Shown here piece after piece: positions 28,079-36,555 of a DNA stretch of 36,555 nucleotides. A program made the translations under genes and the position numbers. This DNA is from Methylococcales bacterium (GTDB lineage: Bacteria; Pseudomonadota; Gammaproteobacteria; Methylococcales; JAZGGE01). The stretch lies in contig JAZGGE010000287.1 in NCBI GenBank assembly GCA_036480195.1, forward strand, positions 1 to 36,555, written 5' to 3'. Below the pieces are notes generated by a model, which did no database searches, had not been told where the DNA came from, and worked only from the letters and a program-made list of their open reading frames with translations. Positions within the stretch are counted from its first letter, which is position 1. Each line of letters starts with the position of its first letter.

Positions 28079-28777
28079 ATGGAAATAATTACTACGAGTG
28101 TCGGTTTGGAAATGCTAATGCGTTTTGCCCATTTTTTGGCGGGGATTACGTGGATCGGATTACTTTACTACTTCAATTTCGTACAAACAGAGTACTTCAA
28201 GGAAGCCGAGGCTTCTTCCAAGTCTGATGCGATACGTGGGCTTGTTCCTCGTGCTTTATGGTGGTTTCGTTGGGGAGCGATGGTTACATTGCTGACCGGG
28301 ATTGCAATTTTTGCAATTCGAGGCGGTGGTATGTCGATGGATATCTATATTGGTGCGTTGCTGGGTATTTTTATGTTTGTTAACGTTTGGATGATCATAT
28401 GGCCCAGCCAACAAGTAGTCATTGCTTCAGCTGAAGCAGTCGCTGGGGGAGGGAAGGCCTTACCTGATGCGGCTGACTCTCTTGCTAAAGCAGGCTTGGC
28501 TTCCAGAACCAATACACTGTTTTCAATTCCTATGCTTTTCTTTATGGGAGCATCCTCGCACTATCCACACGCCTTTAGTGGGTTCGCTTTCCTACTTGCT
28601 GTCGTCATTATTCTTGTTTTGGAATTTAATGGCGCGTATCCGGTTATAAAAGGCAATGACTTGGTCAAAAAACTGCCTGCAGCAGGTAAAATGGGTCCCA
28701 TGGCAAGCGTTAAGGGAGTGATACACAGTGGGTTAGGATTAACTGCCGTTCTATTTTTGATATTGGATATGCTGTAA
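28079..28777 (+). CDS. PuuD/urate oxidase N-terminal-like membrane protein lacking a cytochrome c domain
   Basis: RFAHFLAGITWIGLLYYFNF, WFRWGA, MFVNVWMIIWPSQ, ASRTNT..SIPMLFFM..SSHY. No CxxCH. Confidence 0.8.
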   Translation: MEIITTSVGLEMLMRFAHFLAGITWIGLLYYFNFVQTEYFKEAEASSKSDAIRGLVPRALWWFRWGAMVTLLTGIAIFAIRGGGMSMDIYIGALLGIFMFVNVWMIIWPSQQVVIASAEAVAGGGKALPDAADSLAKAGLASRTNTLFSIPMLFFMGASSHYPHAFSGFAFLLAVVIILVLEFNGAYPVIKGNDLVKKLPAAGKMGPMASVKGVIHSGLGLTAVLFLILDML

Positions 28778-28811
28778 CACAGTAATCCTTCAATTTTTTT
28801 GAGAAGCTTTA

Positions 28812-28853
28812 TCCTATAGACTCCGTCAATACGATATTGGCGGAGATCTAGGA
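28812..28853. terminator. Hairpin between convergent genes, candidate terminator
   Basis: CTCCGTCAATA-CGA-TATTGGCGGAG with extended flanking pairing, followed by a T-run on the + strand. Confidence 0.5.
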
Positions 28854-28884
28854 GTTTTTATTTCTTGGACAGTGACTTAGTTTG

Positions 28885-29268
28885 CTACCCTCTTGAAGAG
28901 GCAAGAGCGGAGAGATCTCTTTCGAGTAGCTCGCTATCCCCAAGGTTTAGTTCCACTAACCGCCTAAGCTCTGATATGCTATCGAGATCAATGTTCTCGC
29001 AATGAAATCCTGCTTTGTTTCCTTCCATATGTGCCAGGGTGACGGTCATTGTGATTTGCACATCATCAGCCAAGGCAAGAGTAACAAGGTAGGGAGATTT
29101 GGTTTCCCCTGACCAGGGCGCTTGAAATTCCAGCAAGCAACCTTTCAAGGAAAGGTCGGAGACCTGACATGGCCAGGATTCTCTTGAATTGGATAGAGTT
29201 GCATCAGCAAAATACATAACCCGGTTAAAATTACGCTTATCTTCAAAAACTTTTTCCGCTTCCTTCAT
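28885..29268 (-). CDS. PilZ domain protein
   Basis: RNFNR (RxxxR) and DLSLKG (DxSxxG); LRRLVELNLGD tail. Confidence 0.92.
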   Translation of the reverse strand: MKEAEKVFEDKRNFNRVMYFADATLSNSRESWPCQVSDLSLKGCLLEFQAPWSGETKSPYLVTLALADDVQITMTVTLAHMEGNKAGFHCENIDLDSISELRRLVELNLGDSELLERDLSALASSRG

Positions 29269-29906
29269 TTTTCATCCTCCAAATAAAATCGCAGAGTATT
29301 TTTCTCAATTTCCAGTGTGTCACCGTTTTGTAATTTAATGCTTTCTTCACCAATTTCGTCCTTATTGAGTTTAATAAGAGCGTTGTTTTCCAGCGGCGAT
29401 ATAAAGAAACCATCTTTGCGTCTTGCAATAACGGCAACACCTGATCCAGGCTTGCCTAGCCGGGTCATTGCTCTGTTCAAAGGAATGATACGGCCAATGT
29501 TTTTGCCTCGTAATATTTGCAGATTGGCTGCGATATTCGATGTTTCGGACGACACCTTATTGCTAGTTGCAAAGGCGGTAAGTTCTTTGAAATATTTGTC
29601 TTCTGTTGGAATGGGCGAAGCTTTTGAAGAATAAAGCAGGGTATGCTTTCCAATTGTTATAACATCGCCATCAATTAGATTATGTTCTGTTCTTTTTTGA
29701 TTATTTACCAGAATGGACGCGCTTACATTGGCCTGTTTCAGGTTTGCGCCATCGCTATCCAATGAAACGATTGCATGGGTTGATGCAACTGCGAGGCTGT
29801 CAATCGATATGGAATTGGACAGGGCTCGACCAATAGAGATTTCTCCTTGCTCGAAGCTATAGGTCTCAATGAAGCGTCCCTTGAAGGTGAGCGTAAATTT
29901 CGCCAT
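29265..29906 (-). CDS. FHA domain protein (tandem FHA-like)
   Basis: ISIGR...SLAVASTHA...LIDGDVITIGKH, with a second FHA-like module. Overlaps the PilZ start. Confidence 0.88.
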   Translation of the reverse strand: MAKFTLTFKGRFIETYSFEQGEISIGRALSNSISIDSLAVASTHAIVSLDSDGANLKQANVSASILVNNQKRTEHNLIDGDVITIGKHTLLYSSKASPIPTEDKYFKELTAFATSNKVSSETSNIAANLQILRGKNIGRIIPLNRAMTRLGKPGSGVAVIARRKDGFFISPLENNALIKLNKDEIGEESIKLQNGDTLEIEKNTLRFYLEDEK

Positions 29907-30124
29907 TATTTGCAGAATATTCAGTTACTAAAATGCAGTGAAAGCTCCTCGATAGACCCGGTCCCACTAGGAAAACAAATCATTGGTGTTCGGTGCTCAC
30001 CTTTTCTTGTTCCATAAAGAAAAACCCGATAACTATCTGAATCCATGAGTCCAAGACAGATGGGGTGCAGGTATTGGTCTTCAATTTAAGTATAGACATA
30101 AAACCGGCAATGCAAAGCGAATTT

Positions 30125-31390
30125 TTACTTTTTCTTCTTACGATGTTTCTTTGTCGAAAGAAATCGTACCTTTTTCACTGCATTCCCATCAAGACTGATA
30201 ATTTCAAGAGGATAGTTGAAAAGTGTGAAATTGGTACCCGGTTCAGGGATGTTTTCCAGAAACTCAATGATTAATCCGTTTAGGGTTTTAGGTCCCTCTA
30301 CCGGGAATTCCCAACCGGTTGCTCGATTGAGCTCCCGTACTGTAATACTGGCATCAACGAGGAAACTGCCATCCTTTTGTTTTTGTACGTCTTGGGGGTT
30401 GGAAACAAACTCTCCAACGATTTCCTGAAGTATGTTTTCTAATGTAATGAGTCCGAGTACGTCGCCATATTCATCAACAACCAGACCAATCCGCTCATCT
30501 TCCTGTTTGAAGTTCACCAGCTGGTTATGCATTGATGTATTTTCTGGGATGAAGTACGTTTTTTTCAGATTGTTGATAATGGTTTCATGATCGAAATTTT
30601 TATTGGACAGTAAAGCCAGGATTTTACGCAGGTGAAGAAATCCGATAACTTGGTCGATACTTTTCCTATAGACGGGGAGGCGAGTGTGGGGGCTGTTTTT
30701 AAGTTGATTAACGATCACCTCTAGTCGATCTTCCAGGTCTATACCCTGGATTTCGTTACGTGGCACCATGACATCTTCAACAGTTGCTGATTCCAGATCA
30801 AGAATGCCCAGTAGCATATTCTGGTATCGCTGTGGCATTAAGGCATCGGCTTCAGCGACCACTGTTCGTAATTCTTCCTTGCTGATGTTGTCGCGGCCTA
30901 GAGTGTTAGGATTGACGCCGACCAGTCTGAGTAGCTGATTGGCTATGAGATTTACTGTCCAGACGATGGGATAAAGCAATCGCAGCAAGGGAACAAACAC
31001 CCAGGATGCAGGAAAAGCCAGTTTTTCCGGATTTATAGCTGCCAGGGTTTTTGGTGCGACTTCGGCAAAAATTAAAATAACCAAGGTAAGGATGCCTGCT
31101 GCTCCGGCAATGCCTGCTTCACCAAATAACCTTAAGGCAATGACCGTACTCAGTGACGATGCCAAGATGTTGACGAAGTTATTGCCGAGAAGAATCAGGC
31201 CAATGAGCCGATCCGGACGTTCAAGGAGCTTCTGTGCTCGAATCGCCCCGGAATGTTTGGTCTTTACGAGATGTCGTAACCGATAGCGGTTGAGCGTCAT
31301 CAGCGCCGTTTCGGAACCGGAAAAAAAAGCGGATAGAAGGATAAGAACAAAAAGTATGCTAAAAAGTATACTCAGTGGAATGTCGTTCAA
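30125..31390 (-). CDS. yfjD: HlyC/CorC (CNNM-CBS-CorC) family transporter-associated protein
   Basis: SAFFSGSETALMTLNRYRL, ILLGNNFVNI, HTRLPVY, VVDEYG, KTLNGLI. Confidence 0.9.
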   Translation of the reverse strand: MNDIPLSILFSILFVLILLSAFFSGSETALMTLNRYRLRHLVKTKHSGAIRAQKLLERPDRLIGLILLGNNFVNILASSLSTVIALRLFGEAGIAGAAGILTLVILIFAEVAPKTLAAINPEKLAFPASWVFVPLLRLLYPIVWTVNLIANQLLRLVGVNPNTLGRDNISKEELRTVVAEADALMPQRYQNMLLGILDLESATVEDVMVPRNEIQGIDLEDRLEVIVNQLKNSPHTRLPVYRKSIDQVIGFLHLRKILALLSNKNFDHETIINNLKKTYFIPENTSMHNQLVNFKQEDERIGLVVDEYGDVLGLITLENILQEIVGEFVSNPQDVQKQKDGSFLVDASITVRELNRATGWEFPVEGPKTLNGLIIEFLENIPEPGTNFTLFNYPLEIISLDGNAVKKVRFLSTKKHRKKKK

Positions 31391-31495
31391 GTGGTTAAAA
31401 TTTAGTGTAGTTAAAACGTTGAGTTTCTAAGGCGAAAAGGAGTTAATGTCAAGTGCAACAGCACCCTGCTAACTTGCTGCTCTGTGGCAAGAGTT

Positions 31496-32092
31496 CTAAC
31501 CTTCGGAAAGTAAAATATATTTGAGGTGTAATTGTTCAACCTGTTTTTCCAGTAGATCAATTTTATCGTTGTTGGTAATGATATCGTCTGCTGATTTTAA
31601 CCGCTGATCACGGGATACTTGAGATTGTATTATGCGCTGGATTTCCTGACGGCTTAGTTTATCACGTTCGGCAACCCTTTGAATTTGAGTTTCAACGGGA
31701 CAGTCGATGACAAGTATGTGGTCAACGAACCCTTCCAGTCCGGTTTCCAGCAGCAGTGGAATACAAAAGACACAATAGGGAGCGATCAGCTGCTGCTGTT
31801 CTTTATCCATCGCTTTTATTATCAGGGGGTGAAGGATCGTTTCGAGCTGTTTCCGTTTGCCATCTGATTCGAATACGATAGTTCGGAGTTTACTGCGATT
31901 GAGCTGTCCTTCTTCCGTCAATAATCCTGGCCCGAATTGTTTTACAATTTGATCCAATGCCGGCTGTCCAGGGTTTACAAGTTGCCTCGCAATTACATCG
32001 GCCTCGATAACAGGGATTTCGCGGGTAGAGAATAGATTTGCTACGGTCGTTTTACCGCAGCCTATCCCTCCTGTAAGACCGATTTTTAACAT
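31496..32092 (-). CDS. coaE: Dephospho-CoA kinase
   Basis: MLKIGLTGGIGCGKT, ADVIAR, LETILHP, IPLLLE. Start trimmed to ATG 32092. Confidence 0.95.
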   Translation of the reverse strand: MLKIGLTGGIGCGKTTVANLFSTREIPVIEADVIARQLVNPGQPALDQIVKQFGPGLLTEEGQLNRSKLRTIVFESDGKRKQLETILHPLIIKAMDKEQQQLIAPYCVFCIPLLLETGLEGFVDHILVIDCPVETQIQRVAERDKLSRQEIQRIIQSQVSRDQRLKSADDIITNNDKIDLLEKQVEQLHLKYILLSEG

Positions 32093-32149
32093 ATGGATTA
32101 TATTGTATCTGGTACCGAAAAGTGACTCAATTTTTAGTTCGAACAATCG

Positions 32150-32314
32150 TATAAGTACCAGAGCATAGTTAATTTGACAGTTTTGTGCAGGATTTTTTTT
32201 CATCTTCAAGGCGCAGAAACAGGCGCATAGTGCACTATGTAACTGTTTTTGCAACGCGGAAGATGAGAAAAAAGACAAGCAAACTGTTAAATTAATTATG
32301 CGGAGGTACTTATA
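32150..32314. mobile_element. MITE-like element E1: 165-bp imperfect palindrome with TATAAGTACC...GGTACTTATA ends
   Basis: Arms of about 80 nt pair along nearly the whole length, centred on CATAGTGCACTATG. Confidence 0.82.
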
Positions 32315-32315
32315 A

Positions 32316-33194
32316 TCAGCCCGGTATTCCGATCGACGTTAGATAATAAGCAATGATTCTTTCACCCCAAATCAAGGCGATAAACCCGGCAGCTGCGAGA
32401 TAGGGTCCAAAGGGGATAGGTGTCTGGCGATCATGGTTGAAAAATAGCATCATTGAGATTCCAATGATCGCTCCGACCAACGACGAAAGGAGGATGATCA
32501 GGGGTAGGAATTGCCATCCCATCCAGGCACCTAGCAAGGATAGGAGTTTAAAATCTCCGTAGCCCATACCTTCTTTACCAGTAACTAGCTTGAAAAGATG
32601 GTAGACGAGCCATAAGGTTAAATAGCCGGCGACTGCGCCGATAATACTTGCCGGGCTATCCGTATAGATTCCGAATACTGATATGAATAAGCCTAACCAA
32701 AGTAGCGGTAAGGTTATAGAATCGGGTAATAGCTGATGGTCGATATCAATGAGAGATAGTGAGATCAGGGACCAAACTAAAATGAATGCCAGTAGTGCTT
32801 CCCAGCCAAATCCGAAATGCCAGGCAGCGAGAGCGGTGCAAACACTGGTAAACAATTCGACCAAAGGGTAGCGCGCCGAGATTTTGGTATTGCAATGGGC
32901 GCAGCGTCCTTTAAGGAATAGATAGCTTAGAATGGGGATGTTTTCCCAAGGTGCAATCGTATGATTGCAAGCGGGGCAACAAGAACCCGGAGTTAACAGG
33001 TTAAGTGCTGGCTTATTGTCTTCCGGTTCCGGCAGTTCGAGAAATTCAGTGCATTCCCTGCGCCAATTCCGTTCCATCATAAGTGGGAGCCGATAGACTA
33101 CAACATTTATAAAACTCCCGACTAATAACCCGAATAATCCACTTAATAGAATGAAGAATAATGGATTGTGCTCTAGAACATAAAAAAGCGTCAC
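32316..33194 (-). CDS. pilD: Type IV prepilin peptidase/N-methyltransferase
   Basis: GSFINVVVYRLP, two CxxC, IDIDHQLLPD, GMGYGDFKL, PFGPYLA. Confidence 0.97.
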   Translation of the reverse strand: MTLFYVLEHNPLFFILLSGLFGLLVGSFINVVVYRLPLMMERNWRRECTEFLELPEPEDNKPALNLLTPGSCCPACNHTIAPWENIPILSYLFLKGRCAHCNTKISARYPLVELFTSVCTALAAWHFGFGWEALLAFILVWSLISLSLIDIDHQLLPDSITLPLLWLGLFISVFGIYTDSPASIIGAVAGYLTLWLVYHLFKLVTGKEGMGYGDFKLLSLLGAWMGWQFLPLIILLSSLVGAIIGISMMLFFNHDRQTPIPFGPYLAAAGFIALIWGERIIAYYLTSIGIPG

Positions 33195-33270
33195 GGGGTC
33201 TCCGTCAATAAAATTCTAAGAACCGCCATTGTCTAACTTATCCATCATCCGTTTTGTGTTTTATTTTATT

Positions 33271-33440
33271 TTAACCCGGATCCGTGAGTCCATCGCGAAT
33301 GCAGAGCGTAAGTTACAGATTTCACAGTGGAATTAAAAAATACTAGCTTGATTCAATAGGTTAAGCGAGTGTTTTTTGAACCACTGTGGGAACAAGAGCA
33401 TGTGCTCTGCGTCGTTACGGACTCACTGATCTAGCTTTAA
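33271..33440. repeat. Imperfect palindromic element G (about 170 bp) between pilC and pilD
   Basis: GATCCGTGAGTCC..GCAGAGC..CACAGTGG..AAAAAATACT pairs with AGTGTTTTTT..CCACTGTG..GCTCTGC..GGACTCACTGATC; TTAA at both ends. Confidence 0.72.
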
Positions 33441-33443
33441 CAC

Positions 33444-34658
33444 TTAAACCACCGATCCCATCTGGAATATCGGCAAGTACATGGCAACAACCAGGCCACC
33501 GACAACAACACCAAGAAACGCCATGATCATGGGTTCGATCAGACTGCTTAGAGAATCAACCGCATTATCCACTTCTTCTTCATAGAAATCTGCAACTTTC
33601 TCCAACATTTCATCAATTTTTCCCGATTCTTCACCAATGGCGACCATCTGAACTACCATGTTGGGGAAAAGATCTGCCTGGCGCATAGACTGTTGCAGTT
33701 GTTGACCGGTCGCAACATCTTCACGCATCCGTAAAACTGCATTCGAATAGACGATGTTGCCTGTTGCCCCGGCGACAGAAGTCAATGCTTCAACCAGTGG
33801 AACACCTGCGGTAGACATAGTTGCTAATGTTCTAGAATAGCGCGCAATGGCGGCTTTATTGACTATGTCGCCGATGACAGGTACCTTCAACAAAGTTCTG
33901 TCGAGCATTTCATTAAACTTCCGAGAGCGTCTTTTGGTCTGCTTTACAACATAGATTACCCCAATAATACCGCCGAAGACTGCATACCAGTATTCTTGCA
34001 TGAAACGAGATAATCCGACTACGAATTGGGTGAATGCCGGAAGGTCAGCGCCAAAGCCGTTGAACAGATCTTCGAACTGCGGTACGACGAAAATAAGGAG
34101 AACCGCAGTCACAATGAAAGAGATAACCAGCACAGCGATGGGGTAGGTCATGGCTTTCTTGATTTTCCCCTTGAGGGTTTCGGTTTTCTCTTTATAGTCC
34201 GCTATTTTGTGCAGTAGTGATTCGAGTACACCAGCTTGTTCGCCAGCATTTGTCAGGTTGCAGAACAGGTCATCAAAATAGAGAGGATGTTTGCCCAAGG
34301 ATTCGGCGAGTGTATTGCCACTTTCCACATCGACTTTCACGGCCAAAATTAATTCCTGCATACTGGGATTTTCATGACCCCGACCGACAATCTCAAAAGC
34401 CTGAACCAGGGGTACTCCCGCTGTAAGCATCGTTGCCAATTGGCGGCTAAAAATCGCAATATCTTTAGGGGTAATTTTTTTACCCATTTTTCCAAATAAA
34501 GGTTTTGGTTTTTTCTTAACCTTTATGGGTTTGATGCCTTGACGACGTAGCTCTGCTTTGACGGCAATTTCACTTTTCCCCGTCAGTTCACCTTTATTCT
34601 TTGAACCTTTTCTATCGGTGCCTTCCCACACAAAAAGGGTTAATGCTTGTTCTGCCAT
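33444..34658 (-). CDS. pilC: Type IV pilus inner membrane platform protein
   Basis: FSRQLATMLTAGVPL, KIKKAMTYP, GEESG, AMYLPIF. Confidence 0.97.
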   Translation of the reverse strand: MAEQALTLFVWEGTDRKGSKNKGELTGKSEIAVKAELRRQGIKPIKVKKKPKPLFGKMGKKITPKDIAIFSRQLATMLTAGVPLVQAFEIVGRGHENPSMQELILAVKVDVESGNTLAESLGKHPLYFDDLFCNLTNAGEQAGVLESLLHKIADYKEKTETLKGKIKKAMTYPIAVLVISFIVTAVLLIFVVPQFEDLFNGFGADLPAFTQFVVGLSRFMQEYWYAVFGGIIGVIYVVKQTKRRSRKFNEMLDRTLLKVPVIGDIVNKAAIARYSRTLATMSTAGVPLVEALTSVAGATGNIVYSNAVLRMREDVATGQQLQQSMRQADLFPNMVVQMVAIGEESGKIDEMLEKVADFYEEEVDNAVDSLSSLIEPMIMAFLGVVVGGLVVAMYLPIFQMGSVV

Positions 34659-34663
34659 GGTTT

Positions 34664-36379
34664 TTACTCTCTGGTTACACGGTTAAGTTCTTTCAAACTG
34701 GTTATTCCCTCCCGAACTTTATTCAGTCCGGATTCTCTAAGATCGTTCACACCGTCTTGTTTTGCTGCTTCTGCTAATTGTAGGGTATTCCCGCCTTCAA
34801 GAATAATGCGGGTTAGTGTTTCTGTGATGGGCATCACTTGATAAATTCCGACCCGTCCTTTATAACCGCCAACACAATGGTCGCAACCATCACCCGCTGT
34901 ATAGATTTCAAGCTCATTAAACTCATCCTTTCGAAAGCCAGTTTCGATCAGAACTTCTTCCGGTAATTTTTCTTCAGTTTTGCAATGTTCGCACAATCTT
35001 CTCGCCAATCTTTGGGCCATGATCAAAACAACCGACGAAGCGATATTAAAGGGAGGAATACCCATCTGCATCAGGCGGTCGAGAGTTTGCGGCGCGTCGT
35101 TGGTATGCAGTGTTGAGAGAACCATATGACCTGTTTGAGCGGCCTTAACGGCGATTTCTGCGGTTTCGAGATCCCGTATTTCTCCGACCATGATAATGTC
35201 CGGATCCTGCCGCAAGAATGCTCTGAGCGAAGTGGCAAAAGTAAGGCCAGCCTTGGGATTCATGTTGACTTGGTTGATGCCCGATACGGTAATTTCTACC
35301 GGATCTTCCGCTGTGGAAATATTCCTTTCCGGTGAATTGAGAATATTAAGGCCAGTATATAGAGATACAGTTTTACCACTACCTGTGGGACCTGTGACCA
35401 GAACCATGCCGTATGGTTTATTAATCGCATCGAGAAACAATCGCTGTTGTTCCTGTTCGAATCCCAGTTTCTCAATACCCATTTGGGCATTGGTAGGATC
35501 CAGAATACGTAGTACAACTTTTTCCCCAAATAGTGTTGGGCAAGTACTGACTCGAAAGTCAATCGAGCGATTTTTAGATAGCGTCATTTTAATGCGGCCA
35601 TCTTGAGGGACGCGGCGTTCAGCAATATCCATACGGGACATTACCTTAAGCCGGGCAGTGATGCGATTGGCTAAATTAGCGGGTGGAGCTGCCACTTCCT
35701 GTAAGATGCCATCACTGCGATAACGAACCCGGAATTTTTTTTCGTAGGGTTCAATATGAATATCCGATACGCCTTTCTTAATGGCATCCAGGAGAATCTT
35801 ATTTACAAAGCGAACGATTGGTGTCTCGTCTATGTCGCCTTCTACATCTTCATTGTTGTCAATATCATCCCCGCCCATGACCTCAAGATTTTCGAGGTCA
35901 TCATCCATGAGGTCGGTCATGGTGTTATCGGCAGCATCGAGAGCATTCTCTATGACACGGGAAAGTTTTTCCTCCTCGACTAATACTGTTTCCGCTGTGA
36001 GGCCGGTGTGGAATTTTATCTCGTTTAAGGCATGAACATTGGTCGGGTCAGAAATTGCCACAAACAGACGGTTTCCACGTTTGAACAGTGGCAAGGCATG
36101 GTGCTGGCGGATCAGTTTCTCGCTAACAAGACTGATTGAAGACGTAATATTTTCGATTGCGTCCAAATCGAATAATGGCACACCAAATTCTTTCGAGGTG
36201 GACTGGGCAATGGATAAGCCATCCAATATCTTGTTATTTACCAGATAGGTGACAAAAGGGACTTTTTTCTTTCTTGACTCTTCATGATGGGCAAGCGCAT
36301 CGGCATCTTCCATGTGACCTGCCTGGACAAGACATCTTGCTAAGCCTGTTAGCTGTATATGCTTCGCTGCGGTAACCAT
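34664..36379 (-). CDS. pilB: Type IV-A pilus assembly ATPase
   Basis: SDIHIEP, GPTGSGKT, LRQDPD, STLHTN, zinc CxxC pairs. Confidence 0.97.
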   Translation of the reverse strand: MVTAAKHIQLTGLARCLVQAGHMEDADALAHHEESRKKKVPFVTYLVNNKILDGLSIAQSTSKEFGVPLFDLDAIENITSSISLVSEKLIRQHHALPLFKRGNRLFVAISDPTNVHALNEIKFHTGLTAETVLVEEEKLSRVIENALDAADNTMTDLMDDDLENLEVMGGDDIDNNEDVEGDIDETPIVRFVNKILLDAIKKGVSDIHIEPYEKKFRVRYRSDGILQEVAAPPANLANRITARLKVMSRMDIAERRVPQDGRIKMTLSKNRSIDFRVSTCPTLFGEKVVLRILDPTNAQMGIEKLGFEQEQQRLFLDAINKPYGMVLVTGPTGSGKTVSLYTGLNILNSPERNISTAEDPVEITVSGINQVNMNPKAGLTFATSLRAFLRQDPDIIMVGEIRDLETAEIAVKAAQTGHMVLSTLHTNDAPQTLDRLMQMGIPPFNIASSVVLIMAQRLARRLCEHCKTEEKLPEEVLIETGFRKDEFNELEIYTAGDGCDHCVGGYKGRVGIYQVMPITETLTRIILEGGNTLQLAEAAKQDGVNDLRESGLNKVREGITSLKELNRVTRE

Positions 36380-36474
36380 TTAGCAATAAATTTAATTTGA
36401 GATTTTTGTTTGATAAGGATCTGGGTTAATCTTAAGCATAGAAGATCACCGTGGATTGTCCAATTTTTGGCTAG

Positions 36475-36555
36475 AAGGCTGTCCGAGAATAGAAACCGTA
36501 GCGAGGGAAACCCATTTTGGGTCAGATTTTTCGATCATTTGAGGCGAATAGTGGG
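36475..36555. mobile_element. MITE B3, inverted copy truncated by window edge
   Basis: After CTAG, 81 nt match the reverse complement of the B1 right half with 2 mismatches. Confidence 0.88.

Noticed and set aside
32093-32278. Long N-terminal extension of CoaE
   Set aside because: It reads through palindromic element E1. The conserved start is MLKIGLTGG at 32092.

Overview
Gammaproteobacterial chromosomal segment. The gene set suggests a Methylococcales-like organism, but this is inference. Core content: (1) a six-gene operon: RibD-like reductase, NAD-type isocitrate dehydrogenase, 5-formyl-THF cyclo-ligase, NspC-like decarboxylase, flavin reductase, nucleotidyltransferase; (2) metH and yihY; (3) cold-shock and RRM genes; (4) ribH-nusB-thiL; (5) PilZ, FHA and CNNM genes; (6) pilB-pilC-pilD-coaE. 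The central part holds two convergent SNF2 ATPases, one with two SWIM fingers and an MNT/HEPN-like tail. Next to them is an orphan di-heme MauG/peroxidase-family gene with a candidate sigma-54 promoter. Many intergenic spacers are filled by small palindromic elements: about 14 copies or remnants from several families, some nested or stacked at CTAG or TA sites. Three families with unrelated termini share a covarying internal motif, AGGCG-[helix]-YAAC. Also found: an unannotated 43-aa membrane peptide and a decayed rtcA remnant. No rRNA, tRNA, CRISPR array or transposase gene was seen.
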